This document shows, piece by piece, positions 54,101 through 64,000 of a stretch of 64,000 nt of DNA. Made by a program: the position numbers and the translations under genes. The stretch is from Setoptus koraiensis (lineage: Eukaryota; Animalia; Arthropoda), in NCBI GenBank assembly GCA_048013815.1, contig CM106586.1:14384001-14448000 (forward strand). The letters run 5' to 3'. Position 1 is the stretch's first letter. The number at the start of each line of letters is the position of its first letter. The notes below the pieces were generated by a model, which was not told where the DNA came from, searched no databases, and was given only the letters and a program-made list of their open reading frames with translations.

Positions 54101-54842
54101 ATGATGGCGCCCTCAAGTGATGTTGCTCATTTTACAGCCACTGATTTCACTAAATGGCACCACTGGTAATCTGCGCATCTAGATACAGATGCACGTGCAC
54201 TCATCATACATCATGTACATGTATCATAATGCAAGCACGTGCCAACTGTGTATGTAAACCACAAAACGCGTATGTAAACCACAAAATCATATTGTCAGCA
54301 TCGTGCCAGTGGACACACCAGCACGCACCAGCGCCATGTGCTGTTGTGTCGGGCAAAGGTGACGACACCACACCGACAGTAGCGAGCTGTTCATTGCTGA
54401 CCAGCACACTCGCTGACCAACACAATCGCTGACCGTTACATGACCGTGCTACTGTCACATGACGGCGTCCCTCCCAAGTATGAGTGTGACCTTGCTGACA
54501 TTCGGTCACCTCCAATTATCGGTCATCTCTGACCCTGACACGAGCCCCTGACACGGGCCCCTGGCATTGCAACGCCAGCCTCGTGTGTTAGAGAAACACG
54601 AGGTGGGCGACAGACACAGATTGCACTCTTGATGTTTATGATGGCCCATAAATCGTGAATGGTTGCTCGATTGATTGGCCGATTGATGGGCCACAACACT
54701 CCACTAAATCAACTAAATTACCCACAACAATTATGATTTGTCGCCCCAATAATATCACGCACTTCTCCTTCTATCTCTTTCTCTCGCCCCTATCATGTCG
54801 CGCTCGTCATTGCAACGCTAATTGCTCCGTTGGTCCGCTCAG

Positions 54843-56867
54843 ACCAGACTCATTATTCTGGATCATTTTATGCTGGAGGGAGTGAAGGCTTTGTTCAAGT
54901 TTACGCTGGCCATTCTGTACTTGTCGTTCAAGCAGACGCCTCCCTCTAGCAGCGAGGTATTCATGACTATTAGGAACACAGCAAAGAATATGCACGATAT
55001 TAAATTATTATTGTCTATTGTAAATCAAATAAATTTGCCAAAGGACAGCTATTTTGCCATAAGACGCTCATTTTACATGATACAATCTAGCTTTAGTAGT
55101 GACCAATTTTACATGCAGGCACTGTCAAACGACAGACGCACCTCAACACTGTGCAGGCAACCGCCCGTGTTGCATAATAATCACCGATTTAATCAATTTA
55201 ATCAATTGAACATGTCCATGTCCTTTGTGGCCACTGCCGCCCTTGCTGCCTCAAATTTGGCCTCCAGTCACAGTGGTCGCGATCAACATTTTGGCTCTCC
55301 GATGGCCTCCACCTCGTTCGATTGCCAGGCCCATGCCGGACCGAGGGTGTGCGTCAGTTTAAATAAGAGCAAAATTTGCATACAAAATATTGGAAAATTG
55401 GGCAGATCTCATTTGAAATTGATCGACACTAATGTTAAATCGTACGAGAGATCACTCATGACCCCATTGAGGAATTGTCTGTTGCTTGGCGTGGCCGATT
55501 GTGGTAAACGGGTTGTAATGGCCCGACAAACATCACGAAAATACTTCAAGTCATTCTATGAGCAGGACCTGTTGTTTCATGTGCACGAAATTAATTCAGA
55601 GATATTTGATGGCTTCTACATGGAAGACAAGCAAGTGATATTAATTGTGACAAAGCAGGGCGAAATAATCAAAATAGACACCAGCAATGTGTGCCAAATT
55701 ACAGACAATTATCACCACCATGCCACAACAAACAGCGAAACTCTAATGCTCAAGGATATCGATTATAACAATGGTGCCAGTGACACCAAGGTCAAAATTG
55801 AATTGGCCTCATTGGACGCCATCACAAATCTGTTGTGGGTGTATCTAGAAACCGAACATCAGCCACAACAACAACAAACAATGACATCACAAAACCAGAA
55901 CCAGAATTGCAATAAACAGCGTCGATCGTGGGCACGCCAGTGTTGCAACACTGGCAGCGGCGCCAAGACTTCGCAACAACGCCGAAACAGTATTATGATC
56001 ACCAGTCCAGATAGTGGCGAAAGCTCGTCACAGATAGCATCAACTAGCAAACCCAATCCTATTATACAAAGAAAGATAATCCTCATAGATGTGACCACGT
56101 TTGACATATTCTCCGCGTTCCATGTTGATCTTAATTTTGGTCAAATCAACAAAATGAGAACATCTTTGACCGCTATATGTCAACTCAACAATCCAATGAG
56201 CAATCAATTTTCCTCTCGTATAGTCAAAGTGGGTCCCACTGGCCGCTACGAGCATCTATTATCATTCTCGGATGTGGTAGACTTCATGGTGACCACATCT
56301 AACAGCGCCACCAAAAGCCCCACAGAATCGTATGATGGCAAGAGTAAGCAAAGTGCCACATTTCCGCGAATGGCGATGCCCAAATCTGGCCCAAACAACA
56401 ACGCCACAAGCACAAAATCGCCAGAAAGCGTATCTAGACCATCAAGAATGTTAAAGTTAGTGCGAGAATCTATAACACCATTATCAAGGTCCGCATCACA
56501 GCCACCAACTGACCGTGATGATGCAAACAATGCTCCGTTTTTCAAGAGACAAATAGAGCTCGCCAGGAGACATTCGATCAATTGTTGCACTCCTATGAGC
56601 AGTATTAATAGGGCATCATTGGCTTCCTATTTGGACTGTATGGACGATTTACTATCTCCTAAATATCTACCATTGAACATGATATTCATATTTAAGAATG
56701 GTAAAATAGCTTTATTTGAATTTACAGAGTCTTATGCAATACACACGAGAGAATCGCAATTGGATCGATATGACTATTCTAGAGTGATTGACGTTACAAG
56801 GACTGGCGACGATTTCGTTGTTACAATATTGACAATATTCGATAAATTGATTAAGATTGTAATTTAA
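54843..56867 (+). CDS. TBC Rab-GAP gene, last exon (end of TBC domain plus C-terminal beta-rich region)
   Basis: CAG|ACC phase 0; TRLIILDHFMLEGVKALFKFTLAIL completes the TBC fold; stop TAA at 56865-56867; AATAAA at 56909-56914. Confidence 0.9.
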   Translation, partial: TRLIILDHFMLEGVKALFKFTLAILYLSFKQTPPSSSEVFMTIRNTAKNMHDIKLLLSIVNQINLPKDSYFAIRRSFYMIQSSFSSDQFYMQALSNDRRTSTLCRQPPVLHNNHRFNQFNQLNMSMSFVATAALAASNLASSHSGRDQHFGSPMASTSFDCQAHAGPRVCVSLNKSKICIQNIGKLGRSHLKLIDTNVKSYERSLMTPLRNCLLLGVADCGKRVVMARQTSRKYFKSFYEQDLLFHVHEINSEIFDGFYMEDKQVILIVTKQGEIIKIDTSNVCQITDNYHHHATTNSETLMLKDIDYNNGASDTKVKIELASLDAITNLLWVYLETEHQPQQQQTMTSQNQNQNCNKQRRSWARQCCNTGSGAKTSQQRRNSIMITSPDSGESSSQIASTSKPNPIIQRKIILIDVTTFDIFSAFHVDLNFGQINKMRTSLTAICQLNNPMSNQFSSRIVKVGPTGRYEHLLSFSDVVDFMVTTSNSATKSPTESYDGKSKQSATFPRMAMPKSGPNNNATSTKSPESVSRPSRMLKLVRESITPLSRSASQPPTDRDDANNAPFFKRQIELARRHSINCCTPMSSINRASLASYLDCMDDLLSPKYLPLNMIFIFKNGKIALFEFTESYAIHTRESQLDRYDYSRVIDVTRTGDDFVVTILTIFDKLIKIVI

Positions 56868-56952
56868 CCATGTACTGGTATTGTAGTAAATGCATGATGA
56901 TTATGACCAATAAATGTTAGATAGACTAAGATATAAATACAATTGTCGTTGC

Positions 56953-58269
56953 TCATCTAGACCCAGTATAATGCTTCGTTTTGCTTTTCTTCAATTGCAC
57001 CTTGAGACGTTTCTGGCCTATTTGGTGGCCGTTCATGGCCTTTATGGCAAAAGCGGCACTTTGGGCGCTTGAGAATGACACAAATCCAAAGCATTTGCTC
57101 TGGCCGGACAGTTTGTCGCGGAAAACTCTCGTCGACATCACCTCACCAAATGAAGCAAATATTATTGCAAGATCGTCATCTTTATATTCTGCAGGCAAAT
57201 GATAAACAAACAGATTGGCGCCCTCTGGTCCTTCAGTTTGATGTCTGACTGGTGTGTGTTGCTGACTGACCGGATAATTATTGCTGTGATATTGTTGCTG
57301 ATGTTGCTGCTGCTGCTGGTGTAATTGTTGCTGTTGTTGTTGCTGGTGCAAAAGTTGTTGTTGGCTCTGGTGGCCGATGGCCGACATGAAACTGTTTGAT
57401 TGGCTAGGCAATATGGACGGTGACGAGGCGAGCAGACTACCGGATGAGTTGAGTAAGTTGCTGTCGCTCAATGAGTCATTGGGTGAGTTGATCAACAGGT
57501 TACTGTAGCGGCCATCTCCAATTTTGCCAATTTTTGGCGGTATGACCATTGTCGGATTTGCACCATTGAAAGCGTCAGCGGCGGCAGCAGCCCACGAATG
57601 TTGTTGCTGAGGCGTACATAACGGATAACGATAATAAATATTGGTTGGCGAATGAAAGGATTGTTGGTCCATGGTGGCCCTCTGTTGACTATACACCGGA
57701 CTGGCGTATTGATTTTGTTGTTGTTGATGTTGGTGTTGCGCCCAAATGGAGGCCTGTCTGGTGGCTAAACAATTAGGAATAGTGGGCTGTTGAGCAAGGA
57801 ATCTATTGTAGGCGAGTCCTGTGGTCATGTAGTTAATTTGGGTGAATCTTTTCTGGCGTTTGTTTCTTTGGGCCTTCGATTCAAAGTCGGCCGGTTTAAC
57901 CTGTAGCGGGTATCGCATTCCTTCGCAACTCTTGATGTTGTGCAGGGCGTCCTGGGCGGCTATGGCCGCCGATCGGTGATAATAGGTGACGAAGCAGCAT
58001 CCGCGCGATTTGCTGGTCTTTAGGTCCTTCAATATCTTGAGCTCATAGATATCACCAAATTGCTCTAGCAGTTTTCTACAATCGTCCTCGTTCCATTCAG
58101 AGTTGATTTGGCCGACAAAAAGTTTAATTGTGTCGCTGTCTGGCAATTTGCAAGGGGCGCCAGTTGCCGGTTGGCCGCTGGCCTGCTGTTGTTTGTCTGC
58201 TATGGCAATGTTGTCGGTTGTGGCGGTGGCGGTGATGTTGGTGGTTGTGGTGGTGGTGCTGGCGGCCAT
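56953..58269 (-). CDS. CELF/Bruno-family RNA-binding protein (CELF1/2 type) with RRM1 and RRM3 only, 438 aa, intronless
   Basis: RRM1 IKLFVGQI...SRGCCFVTY...PLQVKPAD; RRM3 [14 protein letters not shown]...SKCFGFVSF...[21 protein letters not shown]. Confidence 0.92.
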   Translation of the reverse strand: MAASTTTTTTNITATATTDNIAIADKQQQASGQPATGAPCKLPDSDTIKLFVGQINSEWNEDDCRKLLEQFGDIYELKILKDLKTSKSRGCCFVTYYHRSAAIAAQDALHNIKSCEGMRYPLQVKPADFESKAQRNKRQKRFTQINYMTTGLAYNRFLAQQPTIPNCLATRQASIWAQHQHQQQQNQYASPVYSQQRATMDQQSFHSPTNIYYRYPLCTPQQQHSWAAAAADAFNGANPTMVIPPKIGKIGDGRYSNLLINSPNDSLSDSNLLNSSGSLLASSPSILPSQSNSFMSAIGHQSQQQLLHQQQQQQQLHQQQQQHQQQYHSNNYPVSQQHTPVRHQTEGPEGANLFVYHLPAEYKDDDLAIIFASFGEVMSTRVFRDKLSGQSKCFGFVSFSSAQSAAFAIKAMNGHQIGQKRLKVQLKKSKTKHYTGSR

Positions 58270-58818
58270 GGTAGTGACAACGATGAAATTAAGAAGAAAA
58301 AATTATGACTAATAATGATTAATCAGTCGATCAATTAGATGGAATGGTGGCTGTTGTTGTTTTTAATGGTAATGTACAGTGTTTGCTGAGATCAGTTGCT
58401 CTGATATTATCTGATATTAACATGTATTCTAGAATGATCTAAACAACATGATGACAAGTGTGTTGTATAAACTTCTTGACAATATTCTCGTCGTTATCTA
58501 TATAAACATTTACACTGTACACTGGCTGTGCGGCGCCGGCCACAAATTTCTTGCCGCTCATCCGCCGCCGCGCACCGTCTACACCCACCCGGATTCCGCG
58601 CGCGCACCCGCGGTACCTAGAGCCGAGAGGGTCCGAAACAGTCCTCGTCTCGCCCTTTGACTACTGTGATTATCACAGTGCGATAGCCTAAACTGCACAG
58701 CATAGCGTATTATATAAATGGGCGCCAATTGCGAATGGCGAAAAATGATTCCCATTTGTGCTGCTCTCTATTTGTGAAATTGTGCTCGGTATCTCGATTG
58801 TTATTTGTGTCTACCATC

Positions 58819-58912
58819 GGTATAAATAATAGGATAAATAATGGGATAAATAATGGGATAAATAATGGGATAAATAATGGGATAAATAATAGGATAAATA
58901 TGGATAAATGGG
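58819..58912. repeat. 12-nt minisatellite GGATAAATAAT(G/A) x~7
   Basis: Direct inspection; upstream of the CELF gene. Confidence 0.9.
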
Positions 58913-61900
58913 ACAAAATATGACACGGGGTCAGTTGAGGAAATATCAAATATCATCGGATAATCGGAGTCCTCTCACAACATAAACAGCCTCAAAATTG
59001 GTTCTCGCTTTCTGTCTGAAGATGCCCCCGAAGACGGGAAAGGATCCGCCCACATCGGGGCCCACAATCGGACCATACAATATATTATGTATTACCTCTG
59101 GCCGTCCACTGCCTTCCGGTGCGGCGCAGCCGCCATTGACACGATCAACAGGCTGTAATTCGCATTCTGGAGCAAGCTCTTGGTGCCGAGCAACCACCCA
59201 TTCGTCGCAAACCTCCAACCATTTCGTCCACAACATGTCCTGGGCCAATTTCGGCCTATCCCATACGACGTGCAAATCATGACGCCGACTATCGGCGACT
59301 AAAATATCACATGCCGGCATGTCACTCGGCACTCGATATGAGAAACATTATCAAAATGGAGCTGCAAATACAAAGTATTCAATTACAATATACAATTTCA
59401 ATTTAAGACGAATGGCTTACTTAGAGCTGACATGTGATTGTGTTTGTGTGATTGGCCACACTCGTTTGGTTGGGCTCGCAAATTGCTGCAATAATCACTA
59501 TTCCTGGCAATTAGAGCAAAAACAAACAGCACAAATGGCAATTGCTGTGTGAAGGCAGAAAGGTTTTTTGCGAAAAGGTCACATGGACGCAAAGAAAAAT
59601 TGTTGTTGTTATTGGTTTAGATTATAACGACGATTGTCAAGAACTTTATACAATTTGTACAATACGTGCTTTTTATATTTGGATCATTCTAGAATATGTT
59701 AAGTGACTTGCTCTGTTTGGGACACTCAGACGTGAGAGTCAATTAGTTCAAACAACAGCGAAACCGCACACAACTGGGGACCTTGAGACATAACGGAATT
59801 ATACGCAACTATTGTGTTGTGTTATTGATTGTTGTGTTGTGCCAATTATTTTACAAATATCTGATAGTGTCGGAGCAAGTGGAGCAAAACTACTCATTAA
59901 TGATAGCGGCAACCATGTGCCACTTGTTGTCTATTGAGCTACTCCACGCCCTATTGAGCCCCTGTTGTATCGGCCGTCGAACCAGTCTTGCAAGTCTTGA
60001 TCTATTTTCACGATTAGTATCGATGCGTTGAAACTCAGAAACTTTCGATACAACAAAAGAACGAGATAAGTTTTTTGACTCGTTTATGTATATCCTTGCC
60101 TGACTAACGCCGACTGTTTCTCTCAACGGCAACAACAACCACAACAGTGACAACATCAGCGACAACAAGAGCGACGACAACAACAACAAATCAATAAATC
60201 ACCATGTGGTTCAGTTTTAGCTCGCATTTTTCCTGTTAAAAATTGTCAATATGAATGGTGAAGCAAATCGTGGAGCAAAACGTGTGGAAAGCGCGCTCGA
60301 GCCAAACATTTATCGAGAGATGTTAATTATGAATAGGGCGCAGAAAGTGACTACTTTTGAATGTGACTATCTTCTTGAGTGACTCAGCAAAGAATTTATC
60401 GCTTCGCCTGTGTGATAATTAATGGAAAAACACAAACTATTGCCATTGTGATGGGGAAGCTTTTCTCTGCGGATAGATAATAGGGCACAAACATTTTATG
60501 TGGTGACATCGGATAGGTCAAATAATCTTAATCCTCGCCGTCGCTCTACCGCTACCGATAAGCCAATGAGCCTGCCAGTCAGTGATTGAGCAAGCCAGTG
60601 AGCCATCCATCCAGTTCAGCCAGTCAAGCAGTGGCATCGACAGTAGTTATTATAAAGTTATAGTTATCGTAAATGTTATAGTTTGTCATTATCTTTTATT
60701 AATGATAAGCAGCAGCAGTTCAATAAACATTCTGACTGATTGCATGGCCAGATGGTTTCAATTAGTAATCATGCCAGTTTATCATTGTATGGATACTACT
60801 TGTTGACTACTACACTACTGTATGAGCCTAGAAGAAAAACAAAAATCTTTTCAAGTGCTTTGTCCTGAATCTATTTATGCCGGCAAGATTATCACTGCCA
60901 CCACCTCTACTTACATTTATCGGCGTCTAGACGCTAAAAATATTTTATTTTTTCACTGAATTCACAGTGGCACGAACTGAGCGTGTGATATCCAATTGGC
61001 ATCGCCCAATACAAGATCACCACCTTGCACACATGTTTACATGGAGCCTCTCTAAAAAATGGTGTGTCCAAAGCAATGGCAAGTCGTGATTTTCAGTTCA
61101 AACAACGAAAACAACACAACACAAAAACAAGTGTCAGTCGATACACCACACACTAGTTTGCCCTGACTACAATCATCATTTCCATTGTGGAAATTGCTGA
61201 AGTGTTTGAGAAAAAGTGACAGCAGCCTACAACAACAACTTTATAACAACTTTTGAATTTTACTTGCTACGAAAACAACTATTTGCTATCGAAATCATCA
61301 TCTTGTTCCACCTTACCAACATTGTTAGATAATAACTGAAACAAAAACAGCAGAGGCAACAACAGCAGCAACAACAACAACAACAGATTTCAAGCAAACA
61401 ACTACATTGTGGAAGCCTATTAGTGTTGTTAGACATTTTTGTTCATTTAATCGACTTCTTCCTCATCCGAATCAGTGGTGTTAGTATTCAGCTAATTTTG
61501 ACCAAGGACTCAACAAGTCTACACAATTTCTGAATTGTACAATCGCATCTTCTTCATTGGGCGCAAAACACTAGTAACTATTTTAGTAACTATTGCATAT
61601 ATTGTTGTTTCCTCCAACATCAGCAGAGCCAACATCATAAACCTTTGATGTTAATTCAGTTCACATGTTTGCACTGTTCCAACAACAACAACGACAGCAA
61701 CAACAGCCTAAAACAGCTTCATCCAGCAGCATATTTTCATCATCATTAGCGAGCTTTAATTAACTATTAAGTGTATTACGCAACGCCAGCCTACTCACCC
61801 AGACAAACTCATAAACAATCGCAACAAACAAAGTAAGTAGATCGACATGATGCACGTTTATTGTTGACTCTAGTGTCTAGACTATTAGAGTTAGATATAC

Positions 61901-62926
61901 TTTAGCTGCGTGAAAATTATATTGTTACGCCACTATGGCAGCCTTGAATACTATTATCATCATCCTATGCTAATCTGATCTTCACAGGACAATGTTTGCG
62001 TCAAAAAAATATCTACATGAACAGTGTATGTAGTGAAGTTAAACGCAGCGCGAAATAACTGACAGTAAATAAAGATTTAAATCAAGAGTAGGGGCAAACT
62101 GAATGACATATTATTTAATCATGTTAATCATATTACTACTAATAACAATGATGTGATGCAATGCTGTTCCATGTCATGCTATTTTAGACATTGAACTTGA
62201 ATGTTTGCGTCTATTCGCTATTGTTTTTGTGTAGGGTGTTTATGAATAAGGACACAACAAAGACGACAACAACACCATAGACAATTGTCAACAACAGCAT
62301 AGTCGCCACAGCATCGCAACAGAATTATATAAGTTATGTTGCGACACATAGATCTGTCATAAAAATGCACATACGTACAAAATTTCACCGCCATCGCCAA
62401 TGTAACGATAGTTGGATAGCAACGAAAATATAACAACAACGAAAAATTGCACCAAGCGCTTAATTAATAAAAAACAAAAGATTGAGAGAGGAAGCGCGCA
62501 GACTAATCTGAATTGCAGCTGACACTTGATGTCATTATAACATGTACATGATGTTTATTTGATCGGATTGACTCACGAGAACCTAGTAGTTGCGTATGCT
62601 GATAGTTATATACAGTATAGTTATAGTTATAGTTATAATAGATCTAGATCTACACAAATCACGCAAGCATCGGTAGCAACAATATCAGCACAACCCCAGA
62701 TTTTATCGCAATCAGTTCACAATCTCTGTGTGTCCATTGACTGATTAAACTTTGTTGCTGATGTTGCTGTTTCTCAATCAACACAAACTGAATGAAAACA
62801 GAAATTATTAATTCTCCATTCGAATCCATTTATCGTCATTTGCAAACTTTGATTTTAGAGATAGAAAAAGTTTGACACACAAAAGCACCCTAATATTATT
62901 TGAACTGAACACAATCGGACATCACA

Positions 62927-62966
62927 ATGGGTCAAGGCGAGGACTGGGGCTACAGCGAGCACAACG
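62927..62966 (+). CDS. Alpha-carbonic anhydrase, exon 1
   Basis: MGQGEDWGYSEHNG|GTGAGT, phase 1; WGY..xNG motif of alpha-CAs. Confidence 0.88.
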
Positions 62967-63137
62967 GTGAGTTGCAGAGTCTATTGGTTCGTGGCAGACA
63001 AGTCATTTTCGTTTTTATCTGTTTGCGATATTATCAGTCCATATACAAAATATACTCAATCTGTACACAAATTTATATTCTAAATCCACAAATAATCTAT
63101 GCAAATAATCTGCGCAAATAATCTATGCAAATAAAAG

Positions 63138-63878
63138 GACCACAAGCGTGGCACAAACGTTATCCCATTGCGAGAGAAGGCACGCATCAATCACCAATAA
63201 ATATCATAATTGATCCGGACAGACGCCACAACAGGAACAATGTCTGTTGCGAGGGTGTTTGCAAAGAAACGGCCACGACGTCATCCAAAAGTGTCAATCA
63301 CGACTGCTTACGCGAACGAATGACGCAAGACATGAGCTTGCATGAACAAAACCAAAACACAAACAATATAAGCAGACAGCGAAATCAGCCTCCGTATCAT
63401 AATCACCATCATCAACATCATAATCATCACCATTCTCATCATTCTCACCACTCTCATCATGGCCAGCATCATCGACATCATCATCAATTGCATCGTCATT
63501 CGCACAATGAGAACGAAGAGACTTTAGATTCGCAAGGTAATTCACCTGTTAGAGGAAGTTTATCGAATTCGTCTGTGAGCTCGTCGTCGTCGCTGTCGTC
63601 AAGACAACAACAACAACAACAACAACAGCAGCAGTCGAGTAATTTGGAGCTGCACAAAGATGCAACACAAATGGACGAAATAATGATCGTTGACGACGAC
63701 AACTTGATCGCTAGCACAAACAATGCAAGACAAGACAACAATGCATCAATGTGCCACTATCGTCAGAGTCATAAAAAGATATTTCTTGGTTACCCGAGAT
63801 CGCTGAACAATTTGCATGTCACAAACACCGGCCACGGATGGCAAATAGACATACCCAAAGAGATAGGCCAGCACACGC
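63138..63878 (+). CDS. Alpha-carbonic anhydrase, exon 2 (with His-rich insertion)
   Basis: GPQAWHKRYPIAREGTHQSPINI ... NTGHGWQIDI; donor GC|GTAGGT at 63879, phase 1. Confidence 0.88.
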
Positions 63879-63980
63879 GTAGGTTCAATACATATATCTA
63901 TATCACTTTATATATGCCTATATGATTACCAGCAACTAATCGAATGATTGATGTCACAATGATCCATTGTCGCTATCCAG

Positions 63981-64000
63981 TTTTAACCGGGCCGCCACTC
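63981..64000 (+). CDS. Alpha-carbonic anhydrase, exon 3 start (truncated by window end)
   Basis: tatccag| then phase 1 gives LLTGPPL, equivalent to the L.GGPL motif of alpha-CAs. Confidence 0.75.

Noticed and set aside
58540-59100. RNase P/MRP or other structured ncRNA
   Set aside because: Only partial GAAA-GUCC-like words are present; the required CR-I/CR-V pairing and spacing were not found.
59890-60189. Minus-strand ORF with a Leu-rich signal-peptide-like start
   Set aside because: The poly-Leu comes from the reverse complement of a CAA-rich tract; no amidation or dibasic pattern and no recognisable domain.

Overview
Eukaryotic (arthropod) genomic DNA. The very compact, intron-poor genes and poly-Q/N-rich proteins suggest a miniaturised mite such as an eriophyoid (inference). 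Bases 1-~1368 are C-poor, poly-G and poly-T sequence that looks like a read or assembly artefact and replaces the 5' half of a UCKL1-like gene (1373-2263). Next is a complete ryanodine receptor encoded by one uninterrupted 19,380-nt ORF (6459 aa), then about 8 kb with no recognisable gene. After that come a 3-exon divergent CDC25/RasGEF-domain gene (31580-36213), an intronless PIWI-clade Argonaute with an intact DEDH tetrad (37599-40208), and a 7-exon TBC Rab-GAP gene (40920-56867). The TBC gene has two giant introns (3.6 and 7.1 kb) full of tandem micro-duplications and palindromes, and the larger one hosts a nested antisense gene for a small secreted coiled-coil protein (48181-48630). A convergent CELF1/2 (Bruno)-type gene lacking RRM2 follows (56953-58269), and the window ends in the 5' part of an alpha-carbonic anhydrase with a ~180-aa His-rich insertion. 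All exon structures were derived by hand from GT/AG sites, phase matching and motif continuity; no database search was run. No rRNA, tRNA, CRISPR array or intact mobile element was recognised.
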